Shown here one piece after another: positions 1-12,370 of a DNA stretch of 64,000 bases. How positions within the stretch are numbered: the stretch's first letter is position 1; each line of letters begins with the position of its first letter. The notes under the pieces are model-generated. The model searched no databases and had not been told where the DNA came from. It saw only the letters and a program-made list of their open reading frames with translations. The position numbers and the translations under genes were made by a program. Source of the DNA: Pristiophorus japonicus (Eukaryota); contig NC_091992.1 in the NCBI RefSeq assembly GCF_044704955.1, forward strand, positions 63,674,001-63,738,000. The letters are read 5' to 3'.

Positions 1-102
1 AATGTGATTAGAACTAATTACTCGTGTGGGGGATAAAACGCTGACACGGACTAGTTGGGTTGAGTGGTCTGTTTCTGTGTTGCACCTTTCACAGGTTTCT
101 AT
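1..102 (+). mobile_element. degenerate CR1-type LINE 3' tail
   Basis: ends in ggttgagtggtctgtttctgtgttg...tttctatg, resembling the CR1 3' stem-loop and (TTCTATG)-type tail seen elsewhere in the window. Confidence 0.45.
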
Positions 103-529
103 GTGTGGAAACCTCTCTCTGTGGTTCCGTTTGTCCGCTACGTAAACATGCCAGACTAGTTGGCAGAATGTTGCAAGTGCAGATTTCCTACACCCAGCAG
201 CCAAAGACAAGCAGGACAGAAGCAAGGGTTTAGAGACCATGCGCACACACCCCACTCTGAGCAGAGAACAATGCTGTACACATCACAGTCCTCACCTGGC
301 TCCATTCATACCTGCCCTATCAGCACATTTCCTGCAATGTTTTCTCCGTGTACCTCCTCACCTCACCTCACCTACATATTGTCCAGTTAGCAGGGAGGGG
401 GGGTGGCGGCACCTCTGGCTAATAGACAGAGCTACTGTTCCACGACTATTACTGTGTTGTCCACCATTTAAAATCACGGTTGAGCCATAACTTTCTGCGG
501 TTCAATACTGGCTGGCATGATTGATTCCA

Positions 530-1340
530 ACATGCATTTATATAGCACCTTTACATCCCAAGGCACTTCACAGGAGTGATTATAAAAGTCACAAGGAGTT
601 ATTAGGATGGATAGGTTTCCAGACGCTTGGTTTTAAGCAGCATCTTAACAGGAGGAGAGGAAGTGAGAGGGAAAGGCTAGGGATGGAATTCCAGAGCTTC
701 AAGCCTAGGCTGCTGAAGGCACGGTCGACAATAGTGGAATGATTAAAATCGTGGATGCCCAAGAGGCCAAAATTGGAGGAATGCAGATAGGGTGAGGCCA
801 TGGAGGGACTTGAAAATAAGGATGAGAATTTTTGAATCGAGGCATCACTTAACTGGAGCCAATTATAGGCAGCAAGCACAGGGATGATGGGTGAACGGAA
901 TTTGGTGTGAGCTAGGATACAGGAGGATGAGCGTAAGTTTATGCAGGGTGGCAGATGGGAGGCCAGACAGGAGCGCATTGAAATAGTCAAGTCTAGAGGC
1001 AATAAAGACGCGGACAAGGATTTCAGCAGCAGATGAGCTGAGGGAGGGGCGGAGTCAGGCGATGTTAGAGGTGGAAATTGGCAGCCTTCGTGATGGTATG
1101 GATGTGTGGTCGAAAGCTCATCTTAAGATCAAATATGACACCAAAGTTACGAACAGTCTGGTTCAGCCTCACGTAGTTGCCAAGAGAGGGATGGAATTTG
1201 TCGCAGTGACTTGAGAATGGCTACAAGTCTTCCCAATATTTAGTTGGAGGATATTTCTGCTCATCCAGAACCGGATGTCAGACAAGCAGTCTGACAATTT
1301 AGAGACTGTGGAGGCATTGAGAGATGGTGAGGTAGAGCTG
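530..1340 (-). mobile_element. L2-clade LINE 3' fragment in C1QBP intron 3
   Basis: minus ORF 589..1017 ([26 protein letters not shown]) is typical of the L2 ORF2 C-terminus; homologous to 38930-40250. Confidence 0.8.
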
Positions 1341-1811
1341 GCGGAAACCTAATTGGAGGGATCACGGATTTGGGAGGTGACAACATGCTCAAGGACTCCG
1401 GAGGAATGGGAGGTTGGAGTTCCATCATAATTGCAACCCGCTCCACACTAAACTCCACACCCATTCCCTGAATCTATTCCCTTTAAGGTCTGCTCATGTG
1501 CAACTTAATGGTGCACAATCTCAGTGTGCTACTTCAGCTCAGCTTCAAACTCCACACCCAGCCAGTTACCAAGACTTTCACCATTAAAAAATTACCAACC
1601 TCAGCCTTGTAGGGAAAGTGGTTGTAAAACAGGTGTTTAAAATATCCTGCTGCATTCTGTCCAGCCCTGGCTCCCTATCCACAGTCGCATTCAACGATCA
1701 CCCCTCCCTCACTGAGGACGAACAAAACGCAGCAAGTGCTTTCGCTCAACTGCCCGCTGACTATACCAATGTGACGTACTTGTAGTGCCATGTGAGGTCA
1801 ATCCATCTCAC

Positions 1812-1899
1812 CTCATTCTCTGCACCCTTCTGTCCTTCCTGCGGTTCTTCCTCCATTGTTGGCGGAATACTGTTGTTGATATTAAAGGAGACTGTGACC
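1812..1899 (-). CDS. C1QBP: C1QBP (p32/gC1qR, MAM33 family) exon 3; later exons lie beyond the window start
   Basis: (K)VTVSFNINNSIPPTMEEEPQEGQKGAENE; tttgtag acceptor, gtgag donor; phase continues from exon 2. Confidence 0.93.
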
Positions 1900-2329
1900 C
1901 TACAAACAGGAAGATGTGAATGGTCATCACCATCATGAACAAACAACGAGGAACACTGAACCTCACAGAGCAGGAACGTGACAAAGAGGACACTCCGATC
2001 ACAGACTGCCTTGAGTGATAAGTTCATTTAAAAACTAGGGCTGGGAGTACATCACTCACATTCAAGAGCAGGATGAAGCGCTACTCCAAAGCAGCATGGA
2101 ATAAAATCAGAATACTGGCACTGTGTAGACTGACTGCAAATATAACGTTCTGATCATTTCCAATGTTCAGCATTGTAATCTAAGTTTGATACTGAAAGTT
2201 TTACAGAATATATTTCAAAACTTTTCCAAAATTAAAATGGGATTTCTTTTCAATTTACAGTTAAGTACATATTTGTTCTATAGTCAATTCTTTTAGCACG
2301 GAGGTAACGCAATGCAGGATTAAGTAGTT

Positions 2330-2690
2330 GGCTCAGTGGGATGCACTCGCGTCTCTGAATCAGGTGGTCATGGATTATAAGTCTTACTCCAGGGATCTGT
2401 ACACAAAACCTAGGCCAACATCTCAGTGCATACGGAGGGGGTGCTGCACTGTCGGAGATGCTGTCTTTTGGACGGGACGTTAAACATGTTCAGGTGGATG
2501 TAAAAGATCCCACGGCACTATTCGAAGAGGAGCAGGGAAGTTCTCTTTGCCCTGTCCAAAATGTCTCTTAATCAACATCACTAAAACAGGCGAGCTGGAT
2601 GTCTCTCTCACTGCTGCCTGAAGACCTTACTGTGCACAAAGGGACTGCAATATTTATAAAGATTTCCATTGGCTGTGAAACACGATGCTG
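2330..2690 (+). mobile_element. tRNA-headed Deu-domain SINE (SacSINE1-like)
   Basis: ggctcagtgg A-box-like head, then gtcttttggacgggacgttaaac...caggtggatgtaaaagatcccacggcactattcgaaga core; further copies near 27160, 27740, 54130 and 63590. Confidence 0.75.
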
Positions 2691-2955
2691 TATCTATCTA
2701 AGTAGTCGACTCCTTTTGTGTTTTTGAATCAAATAATTTGAAATTAGTGACTGAATTAGCAGTAAACGGTGTCGCACAATCCAGAAGTGCCACAATAAAA
2801 GACTTCAAACCTACATTAGTTCATACAGGCAATATTCTCGGAGCGATTACTAAACCACACACCTTCCCAAGGCGCTTGGGAGGAAGAGGAATGGAACAGA
2901 CCCAGGGGAATCAACACTGAATAGCAGCACTGGGAAACAGAGACACTTAACTTAC

Positions 2956-3106
2956 TTTTCACCACCAACTTTTCGTACAAGTTTAGCTTCAGTCCCATTC
3001 AGCCCAATCTCCCAACCTCCCGACATCTTTGGCAGCATCGAACTTTTCTGGATTTTCTTCTCTTCTTTGATTTCATCTGTGAGAAATTCTGCAAATGCTT
3101 TATCAC
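2956..3106 (-). CDS. C1QBP: C1QBP exon 2
   Basis: GDKAFAEFLTDEIKEEKKIQKSSMLPKMSGGWEIGLNGTEAKLVRKVGGEK matches the C1QBP mature N-terminus; ctgcag acceptor, gtaag donor; 151 nt. Confidence 0.96.
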
Positions 3107-3369
3107 CTGCAGAGTGAATGAAGAACTGGTTAAAACTAAACACTGTGCCATGACCATGTTCCACAAGTGTAAACACAGAGCCCCTGCTGACTTCACTGTT
3201 AAATGCACAGCACAGTACTCCGTCACAAACAAAGCCGGCCGCAGATTTGATCCACAGCCTGGTCAGCCAGAATAATTAGGTTAAGGGGGTGGGGGGGGAG
3301 AGAGAGTGGGGGGAGGGGGAGGGAACGAGAGGGTGTGTGTGGGGAGTTTTGCGGCCGGCCTCGGCTTAC

Positions 3370-3595
3370 CCTCGGTGTGAAGCGCCCCGCAGCCGCACGA
3401 CAGGCCGTTGAGGGGCCGGCTAGAGCCGAGCGGCCCTCGCCCTGGGCCGGAGCTGCAGAGAAGCCACATGGAGCGGGCCAGGCCGCGGATCCCGGAGCTG
3501 CCGCTGGCGCCGGCCGGCTGCAGGAGAGGCAGCGGGGCAGCCCGGGAGCCGAGGCGGCCGGCTGAGCACAGGAGTCGGGGCAGCACTCTGAGCAT
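3370..3595 (-). CDS. C1QBP: C1QBP exon 1 coding part (mitochondrial targeting presequence)
   Basis: gccgccATG Kozak context; MLRVLPRLL...SCGCGALHTEG ending in a gtaag donor; Arg/Leu/Ser-rich presequence and conserved CGCGxLHTEG. Confidence 0.93.
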
Positions 3596-3945
3596 GGCGG
3601 CCCGACCTCTGAACACAACGTGGAGAGCGCGAACCGAAACCGGAACCGGAACCCCCGGCCCAAAGCCTTCGCCAATCGGCAGCAGCACAGGGCACCGGCG
3701 CCTGGCCAGCCAATCAGCTGGGTGACTGAGGCACCAATCAGCGGACGGGCTGAAGGCACCAATCCGGGGCTGCGTTGAAAGCACCAATCAAGGGCCGCGA
3801 TGAAGGCACCAATCGGGGGCCGGGCTGAAGGCATCAATCAGAGGCCAGGCTGAAGGCACCAATCCGGGGCCGGGCTGAAGGTACCAATCCGGGGCCGGGC
3901 TGAAAGCACCAATCAGAGGCCAGGCTAAAGGGACCAATCGGGGCT
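3596..3945 (-). promoter_or_regulatory. C1QBP CpG-island promoter with tandem CCAAT-box array
   Basis: about 11 CCAAT-like boxes, nine at ~25-bp period (ggctgaaggcaCCAATcnggggcc); ccggaa ETS-type motifs at ~3640-3651. Confidence 0.75.
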
Positions 3946-3974
3946 CGCCATCTCACTGCGATCCATCAGCGCCT

Positions 3975-4075
3975 AATGTTGCAACTCTCCGCGGGTCAGG
4001 CAGCATCTGTGGAGAGAAACAGAGTTAACGTTTCGGGTCGGTGACCCTTGGTCAGAACTGGAAAGGTTGGAGACC
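3975..4075 (-). mobile_element. Penelope-like element terminal repeat fragment with degenerate minimal hammerhead motif
   Basis: same motif (gggtcaggcagcatctgtggagagaaacagagttaacgtttc) recurs at ~4340, ~52100 and ~56270; a GIY-YIG remnant lies nearby. Confidence 0.6.
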
Positions 4076-4169
4076 CAGTGCAGGGGAGAGGGGAGAGAGA
4101 GTGGGAAAGAGCAAGGCAGGAGAGACAGAGCCTGCAAAGGGATATGGATAGGTTCAGTGAGTGAGTGGG

Positions 4170-4820
4170 TGGAGTATCATGTGGGGAAATGTGAGGTTAT
4201 TCACTTTGATAGAAAGAATAAAAAAACAGAATATTTTAAATGGTGAGAAACTATTAAATGTTGGTGTTCAGAGAGATTTGGGTCCTCCTACAGGAAACAC
4301 AGAAAGATAGCATGCAGATACAGCAACCAATTAGGAAGATGAAGGGTCGTCGACCAGAAACGCTAACTCTTTTTCTCTCTGCAAATGCTGAGTTTTTCCA
4401 GAATTTTCTGTTTTTATTTCAGATTCCAGCATCCGCAGTATTTTGCTTTTGAATTTGGAAGACAGTCGGCCTTTATTGCAAGGGGTTTGGAGTACAAGAG
4501 TAAGGAAGTCTTGCTACAATTGTACAGAGATTTGGTGAGCCCACACCTGGAGCCGGCCATTTAAGACTGAGATGATGAATAATTTCTTCACTCGGAGGGC
4601 AGTGAAACTTTGGAATCCTCTATCTCAAAGGGCCTTGGATGCTGAATCGTTGAGTATGTTGAAGACTGACATTGATAGATTTTTGGCCTCTAGGGGAATC
4701 AAGGGATATGGGGATCAGGCAGGAAATTGGAGTTGAGGTCGAAGATCAGCCATGATCTTACTGAATGGTGGAGCAGGCTCGAAGGTCTACTCCTGATCCT
4801 AATTCTGATGCTCTTATGTT
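4170..4820 (+). mobile_element. fragmented CR1 3' region interrupted by a Penelope repeat fragment
   Basis: gagtgggtggagtatcatgtggggaaatgtgaggttattcac...cagccatgatcttactgaatggtggagcaggctcgaagg tail. Confidence 0.75.
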
Positions 4821-5400
4821 CTTAAATGATAAAAGGTCTGATAGTACAAAGCAAAAGGAGATGGTAATGCGACAAGTAAAGAAACAAAAGAATGGTCTAG
4901 TGGACGTGTAAATGGCAATATCAGAATCCTCAACAGCTGCCATTTGAAAAAATAGGGGCAGAGATTATGGTCTGAAATTTTTGAGTCCAGAGGCTATAAA
5001 GTGCCTAAACAAAAGATGAGGTGCTGTTCCTCGAGCTTATGTTGCACTTCGTTGGAACAGTGCAAGAGGCTGAGGACAGATTGGGAGTGGAGCGGAGAAT
5101 TAAATTGACAGGTGACTGGAAGCCCGGGGACTGAACAGAGGTGTTCCACAAAACAGTCACCCAATCTACATTTGATCTCTCCAATGTAGAGGAGACCACA
5201 TCATGAGCAAAGAATACAGTATACTAAATTGAAGGAAGTACAATTAAATTGCTGTTTCACCTGGAAGGAGTGTTTGGGGCCCTGGACAGTGGGAATGGAG
5301 GAGATAAAAGGGCAGGTGTTGCATCTCCTGCGCTTACACAGGAAGGTGCCATGGAGAGGGGAGGGGGTATTGTGGGTGATTGAGGAGTGGATCAGAGCAG
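4820..5400 (-). mobile_element. Penelope-like element, GIY-YIG endonuclease remnant
   Basis: minus strand ~5135-5205 translates CGLLYIGEIKCRLGDCFVEHL, the YIG...RL..RF.EH signature of PLE endonucleases. Confidence 0.8.
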
Positions 5401-5534
5401 AGGGATTTACTCCTCTATTTCCTTCTTTGCTGGGTATTTACTGTAGATCCCCAAATAGATTTGGTCTTTCAACCCTCTAGTGTATCAAAGATAGATACTA
5501 GATATTAGCAATACTAGAATAGGGGTACTGTTTT

Positions 5535-5628
5535 GGAAAAAAATTAAGTAGAGGGAGCCTAATTAATCAAAGGAGACCTAATTAAGTAAAGTTTAAAAGC
5601 CACAAGCAAGGCTGAAAGAAAAAAAATT
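5535..5628 (+). mobile_element. LTR 5' fragment homologous to the LTR at 18333
   Basis: ggaaaaaaattaagta.agggagcctaattaatcaaaggagacctaattaagtaaagtt...aagcaaggctgaaagaaaaaaa is nearly identical to 18340-18430. Confidence 0.75.
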
Positions 5629-5857
5629 CAGATAATATTCTGCCTTCCTGTTTTTGCCACAAATGGATCTGCCATGCATTTGCCCACTCACCTAACCTGT
5701 CCAAGTCACTCTGCAGCCTCTTAGCATCCTCCTCACAGCTCACACTGCCACCCAGCTTAGTGTTATCTGCAAACTTGGAGATATTACATTCAAGTCCTTC
5801 GTCTAAATCATTAATGTTTATTGTAAATAGCTGGGGTTCCAGCACTGAACCTTGCAG
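5629..5857 (-). mobile_element. CR1 RT fragment
   Basis: [38 protein letters not shown] motifs. Confidence 0.85.
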
Positions 5858-5859
5858 TC

Positions 5860-6152
5860 TAGTCCCAAGCAGCTGAGACACAAAGGAGGAAGACAGAGGA
5901 GATCTATAGGGAATGACGTGCTAACTGGAGTAAGTACAGGGATCTCTCTAGTAGATGCACTAGATATACAGGCGATCCAAGCAGGAGAAGATAGTTTGAG
6001 GGGAACGATGGAGGTATTAATGAGGAAACAGGCTGGGATAGGGATAGAATTTTCAGAGTTAGGATCTAAAACATCCAAAATACTGCTAGAGGGTATATCC
6101 GCATTGGAAGACCATGCATGAACAATTAACGAGCTAAATAAACAGGAACGAG
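5860..6152 (+). pseudogene. ERV env piece 1: furin site, fusion peptide, N-heptad
   Basis: RQRR|[25 protein letters not shown]...; frame continues through one stop into TINELNKQER. Confidence 0.7.
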
Positions 6153-9100
6153 AGGAAGATGCCGAGGGGGTAAGTGATTGGTGATTGGTGAGTAGTTTTT
6201 CTTTTTTCTCTTCTATATCAGTGAGTAACTTTTAACATTGTTGTTGCCAATTTAAGTGTATCTAAGGGTTAAGTCATGGCAGGAGAGCTCGGACACGTGT
6301 TATGTTCCTCCTGTACTATGTGGGAAATCAGGTGTCCCTGACGACTACGTGTGCGGGAAGTGTATCCGCCTCCAGCTCCTGACGGACCACGTTGCGGAAT
6401 TGGAGTTGAAGGTCGATTCACTCTGGAGCATCCACGATGCTGAGAATGACATGAATAGCACGTTTAGTGAGGTGGCCACACCGCAGGTAAAGGGTACACA
6501 GCCAGATAGGGAATGGAAGACCAACAGGAAGAGCAGTGCAAGGAAGGTAGTGCAGGGATCCTCTGCTGTCATCCCCCTGCCAAACAGATACACCGCTTTG
6601 AGTGCTGTTGAGGGGGATGACTCATCAGGGGGGAGCAGCAGCAGCCAAGTTCATGGCACCGTGGCTGGCTCTGCTGCACTGGAGGGCAGGAAAAAGAGTG
6701 GCAGAGCGATAGTGATAGGGGATTCAATTGTAAGGGGAATAGACAGGCGTTTCTGCGGCCGCAACCGAGACTCCAGGATGGTATGTTGCCTCCCTGGTGC
6801 AAGGGTCAAGGATGTCTCGGAGTGGGTGCAGGACATTCTGAAAAGGGAGGGTGAATAGCCAGTTGTCGTGGTGCACATTGGTACCAACAATATAGGTAGA
6901 AAACGGGATGAGGTCCTACGAGATGAATTTAAGGAGCTAGGAGCTAAATTAAAAAGTAGGACCTCAAAAGTAGTAATCTCAGGATTGCTACCAGTGCCAC
7001 GTGCTAGTCAGAGTAGGAATCGCAGGATAGCTCAGATGAATACGTGGTTTGAGCAGCAGGGAGGGATTCAAATTCCTGGGGTATTGGAACTGGTTCTGGG
7101 GGAGGTGGGACCTGTACAAACTGGACGGGCTGCACCTAGGCAGGACTGGAATCAATGTCCTAGGAGGAGTATTTGCTAATGCTGTTGGGGAGGAGTTAAA
7201 CTAATATGGCAGGGGGATGGGAACCAATGCAGGGAGACAGAGGGAAACAAAATGGAGACAGAAGCAAAAGACAGAAAGGAAATGAGTAAAAGTGTAGGAC
7301 AGAGAAACCCAAGGCAAAAAACAAAAAGGGCCACTTTGCAGAAACAGGGTCTAAGTGTGTTAAAAAGGCGACTGAAGGCTCTGTGCCTCAATGCGAGGAG
7401 TATTCAGAATAAGGTGGACGAATTAACTGTGCAGATAACAGTTAACGAATACGATGTGGTTGGCATCACGGAGACATGGCTCCAGGGTGACCAAGGCTGG
7501 GAACTCAACATCCAAGGGTATTCAACATTTAGGAAGGATAGACGGAAAGGAAAAGGAGGCGGGGCGGCATTGCTGGTGAAAGAGGAAATTAATGCAATTG
7601 TAAGGAGGGACATTAGCCTGGATAATGTGGAATCGGTCTGGGTGGAGCTACGGAATACCAAGGGGCAGAAAATGCAAGTGGGAGTTGTGTACAGTCCTCC
7701 AAACAGTAGTAGTGATGTTGGGGAGGGCATCAGACAGGAAATTAGGGGTGCATGCAATAAAGGTGCAGCAGTTATATTGGGTGTCTTTAATATGCATATA
7801 GATTGGGCTAATCAAACTGGAAGCAATACGGTGGAGGAGGATTTCCTGGAGTGCATGAGGGATGGTTTTCTAGACCAATATGTCGAGGAACCGACGAGGA
7901 GGGAGGCCATCTTAGACTGGGTGTTGTGTAATGAGAGAGGATTAATTAGCAATCTCGTTGTGCGAGGCCCCTTGGGGAAGAGTGACCATAATATGGTGGA
8001 ATTCTACATTAGGATGGAGAATGAAACGGTTAATTCAGAGACCATGGTCCAGAACTTAAAGAAGGGTAACTTTGAAGGTATGAGGCTTGAATTGGCTAGG
8101 ATAGATTGGCGAATGATACTTAAGGGGTTGACAGTGGATGGGCAATGGCAGACATTTAGAGACTGCATGGATGAACTACAACAATCGTACATCCCTGTCT
8201 GGCGTAAAAATAAAAAAGGGATGGTGGCTCAACCGTGGCTATCAAGGGAAATCAGGGATAGTATTGAAGCCAAGGAAGTGGCATACAAATTGGCCAGAAA
8301 TAGCAGCAAACCCGGGGACTGGGAGAAATTTAGAACTCAGCAGAGGAGGACAAAGGGTTTGATTAGGGCAGGGAAAATGGAGTACGAGAGGAAGTTTGCA
8401 GGGAACTTTAAAATGGACTGCAAAAGCTTCTATAGATATGTAAAGAGAAAAAGGTTAGTAAAGACAAACGTAGGTCCCCTGCAGTCAGAATCAGGGGAAG
8501 TCATAACTGGGAACAAAGACATGGCAGACCAATTGAACAAGTACTTTGGTTCGGTATTCACTAAGGAGGACACAAACAACCTTCCGGATATAAAAGGGGT
8601 CAGAGGGTCTAGTAAGAAGGCGGAACTGAGGGAAATCCTTATTAGTTGGGAAATTGTGTTGGGGAAATTGATGGGATTGAAGGCCGATAAATCCCCAGGG
8701 CCTGATGGACTGCATCCCAGGGTACTTAAGGAGGTGGCCTTGGAAATAGCGGATGCATTGACAGTCATTTTCCAACATTTCATAGACTCTGAATCAGTTC
8801 CTATGGAGTGGAGGGTAGCCTTTTGTAACCTCACTTTTTAAAAAAGGAGGGAGAGAGAAAACAGGGAATTAAAGACCGGTCAGCCTGACATCGGTAGTGG
8901 GTAAGATGATGGAATCAGTTATTAAGGATATCATAGCAGCGCATTTGGAAAGAGGTGACATGATAGGTCCAAGTCAGCATGGATTTGTGAAAGCGAAATC
9001 ATGCTTGACAAATCTTCTGGAATTTTTTGAGGATGTTTCCAGTAGAGTGGACAAGGGAGAACCAGTTGATGTGGTGTATTTGGACTTCCAGAAGGCTTTC

Positions 9101-10249
9101 GACAAGGTCCCACACAAGAGATTAGTGTGCAAAGTTAAAGCACATGTGATTGGGGGTAGTGTGCTGATGTGGATTGAGAACTGGTTGGCAGACAGGAAGC
9201 AAAGAGTAGGAGTAAATGGGTACTTTTCAGAATGGCAGGCAGTGACTAGTGGGGTACCGCAAGGTTCTGTGCTGGGGCCCCAGCTGTTTATATTGTACAT
9301 TAATGATTTAGACGAGGGGATTAAATGTAGTATATCCAAATTTGCGGATGACACTAAGTTGGGTGGCAGTGTGAGCTGCGAGGAGGATGCTATGAGGCTG
9401 CAGAGTGACTTGGATAGGTTAGGTGAGTGGGGAAATGCACGGCAGATGAAGTATAATGTGGATAAAACAGAGACAGACTATTATCTGAATGGTGACAGAT
9501 AAGGAAAAGTGGAGGTGCAATGAGACCTGGGTGTCATGGTACATCAGCCATTGAAGGTTGGCATGCAGGTGCAGCAGGCTGTTAAGAAAGCAAATGGCAT
9601 GTTGGCCTTCATAGCGAGGGGATTTGAGTACAGGGGCAGGGAGGTGTTACTACAGTTGTACAGGGCCTTGGTGAGGCCACACCTGGAGTATTGTGTACAG
9701 TTTTGGTCTCCTAACTTGAGGAAGGACGTTCTTGCTATTGAGGGAGTGCAGCGAAGGTTCACCGACTGATTCCCGGGATGGCGGGACTGACATATCAAGA
9801 AAGACTGGATCAACTGGGCTTGTATTCACTGGTGTTCAGAAGAATGAGAGGGGATCTCATAGAAACGTTTAAAATTCTGACGGGGTTAGACAGGTTAGAT
9901 GCAGGAAGAATGTTCCCAATGTTGGGGAAGTCCAGAACCAGGGGTCACAGTCTAAGGATAAGAGGTAAGCCATTTAGGACCGAGATGAGGAGAAACTTCT
10001 TCACCCAGAGAGTGGTGAACCTGTGGAATTCTCTACCACAGAAAGTTGTTGAGGCCAATTCACTAAATATATTCAAAAAGGAATTAGATGTACTCCTTAC
10101 TACTAGGGGGATCAAGGGGTATGGTGAGAAAGCAGGAATGGGGTACTGAAGTTGCATGTTCAACCATGAACTCATTGAATGGCGGTGCAGGCTCGAAGGG
10201 CCAAATGGCCTACTCCTGCACCTATTTTCCATGTTTCTATGTTTCTATG
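6153..10249 (+). mobile_element. near full-length CR1 LINE (ORF1 zinc finger plus SGNH esterase; ORF2 APE-RT), disrupted
   Basis: ORF1 CSSC..CGKC, IVIGDSIVRG, VHIGTN, DGLHL; ORF2 LNARS, GITETW, SDHN, YLDFQKAFDKV, QGSVLGP, FADD; (TTCTATGT) tail; frameshifts and stops present. Confidence 0.95.
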
Positions 10250-10524
10250 ACAGGAAAAGAGACATATGTCATGCCTATGAAAAATGGATGATCGGTCAGG
10301 TGAGACACAATATGGATCAGATACAAACCGGGCGAGTTGCAGATTGGATAAATAGCACCCAGCTGAAAGAAATGCACAGCACACTGAACCATTAGACAGC
10401 TGCACCCTGAAAGGAATGACGAGGGTGTATGCGGTTACAGGAGGATGTAAGGGGAAACAAACCCCCATGGTAGGGATAATATTAGTGATCCCCGTAATAA
10501 ACCAAGGATCATACCCGTATCTTG
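10250..10524 (+). pseudogene. ERV env piece 2
   Basis: RDICHAYEKWMIGQVRHNMDQIQTGRVADWINSTQL../..GMTRVYAVTGGCKGKQTPMVGIILVIPVINQGSYPY; joins piece 1 across the CR1 with an acaggaa-gaga duplication. Confidence 0.65.
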
Positions 10525-12370
10525 ATAGAAACATAGAAAATAGGTGCAGGAGCAGGCCCTTCAGCCCTTCGAGCCTGCACCACCATTCAATAAGATCATG
10601 GCTGATCATTCCCTCAGTACCCCTTTCCTGCTTTCTCTCCATACCTCTTGATCCCTTTAGCCGTAAGGGCCAAATCTAACTCCCTCTTGAATATATCCAA
10701 TGAACTGGCATCAATGACTCTCTGCGGCAGGGAATTCCACAGGTTAACAACTCTCTGAGTGAAGAAGTTGTCCTCATCTCAGTCCTTAAGTTTAGGACTC
10801 TTGTTTCTGAATTAACTGTGTCACTCTCAATCTTAATAAAGAATTCTACCATATTATGGTCACTCTTCCCCAAGGGGCCTCGCACAAAAAGATTGCTAAT
10901 TAGTCCCTTCTCATTACACATCACCCAGTCTAGGATGGCCAGCTCTCTCGTCGGTTCCTCCACATATTGGTCAAGAAAACCATCCCAAATACACTGCAGG
11001 AAATCCTCCTCTACCGCATTGCTACCAGTTTGGTTAACCCAATCTATATGTAAATTAAAGTCACCCATGATAACTGCTGTACCTTTATTGCAAACATCCC
11101 TTATTTCTTGTTTTATGCTTTCCCCAACCTCACTACTACTGTTTGGTGGCCTGTACACAACTTCCACCAGCGTTTTATGCCCTTTGGTATTCCGCAGCTC
11201 CACCCATACCGATTCCACATCATCCAAGCCAATGTCCTTCCTTACTATTGCATTAATTTCTTCTTTAACCAGCATCGCCACCCCGCCTCCTTTTCCTCTC
11301 CGCCTATCCTTCCTAAATGCTGAATACCCCTGGATGTTGAGTTCCCAGCCTTGGTCACCCTGGAGCCATGTCTCTGTGATGCCAATTACATCATATCCAT
11401 TAACAGCTATCTGCGTAGTTAATTCGTCCACCTTATTCCGAATACTCCTCGCATTGAGGCACAGAGCCTTCAGGCTTGTCCCTTTAACACCCCTTTAGAA
11501 TTTTGCTGTAATGTGGCCCTTTCTGTTTTTTGCCTTGGGATTCTCCTTTCTATCTTTTGCCTCTGTCTCCCTTTTATTTCCCTCTGCCTCCCTGCATAGG
11601 TTCCCATCCCCCTGCCATATTAGTTTAACTCCTCCCCAACAGCACTAGCAAACACTCCCCCTAGGACATTGGCTCCAGTCCTGCCCAGGTGTAGACCGTC
11701 CAGTTTATACAGGTCCCTACTCCCCCAGAACCGGTTCCAATGCCCCAGGAATTTGAATCGCTCCCTTCTGCACCACTCCTCAAGCCACGTATTCATCTGA
11801 GCTATCCTGCGATTCCTACTCTGACTAGCACGTGGCACTGGTAGCAATCCTGAGATTACTACTTTTGAGGTCCTACTTTTTAATTTAGCTCCTAGCTCCC
11901 TAAATTCGTCTCGTAGGACCTCATCCCGTTTTTTACCTGTATCGTTGGTACCTATGTGTACCACGACAACTGGCTGTTCACCCTCCCTTTTCAGAATGTC
12001 CTGTACCCACTCCGAGACATCCTTGACCCTTGCACCAGGGAGGCAACATACCATCCTGGAGTCTCGGTTGCGGCCGCAGAAACGCCTGTCTATTCCCCTT
12101 ACAATTGAATCCCCTATCACTATCGCTCTGCTACTCTTTTTCCTGTCCTCCTGTGCAGCAGAGCCACCCATGGTGCCATGAACTTGGCTGCTGCTGCCCT
12201 CCCCTGATGAGTCATCCCCCCCAACAGTACTCAAAGCGGTGTATCTGTTCTGCAGGGGGATGACCGCAGGGGACCCCTGCACTACCTTCCTTACACTGCT
12301 CTTCCTGCTGGTCACCCATTTACTAGCTGGCTGAATACCCTTTACCTGCGGTGTGACCAACTCGGTAAAC
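10525..12370 (-). mobile_element. internally deleted CR1 (ORF1 3' half and APE joined directly to the 3' tail)
   Basis: ORF 11620..12417 is the esterase; ORF 10676..11431 is APE and jumps at ~10785 to the RTEMRR.. 3' end, so RT is missing. Confidence 0.9.

Noticed and set aside
1-1811. C1QBP exons 4-6
   Set aside because: No segment resembling the expected PELTSTPNF.VE sequence was found; presumably upstream of the window start
3223-3837. 204-aa and other overlapping ORFs at the C1QBP 5' end
   Set aside because: Alternative frames of a GC-rich exon 1 and promoter; only the frame from ATG 3595 splices to exon 2
6256-7179. cellular SGNH/GDSL esterase gene
   Set aside because: It is CR1 ORF1, directly upstream of APE-RT and repeated at 11620-12370
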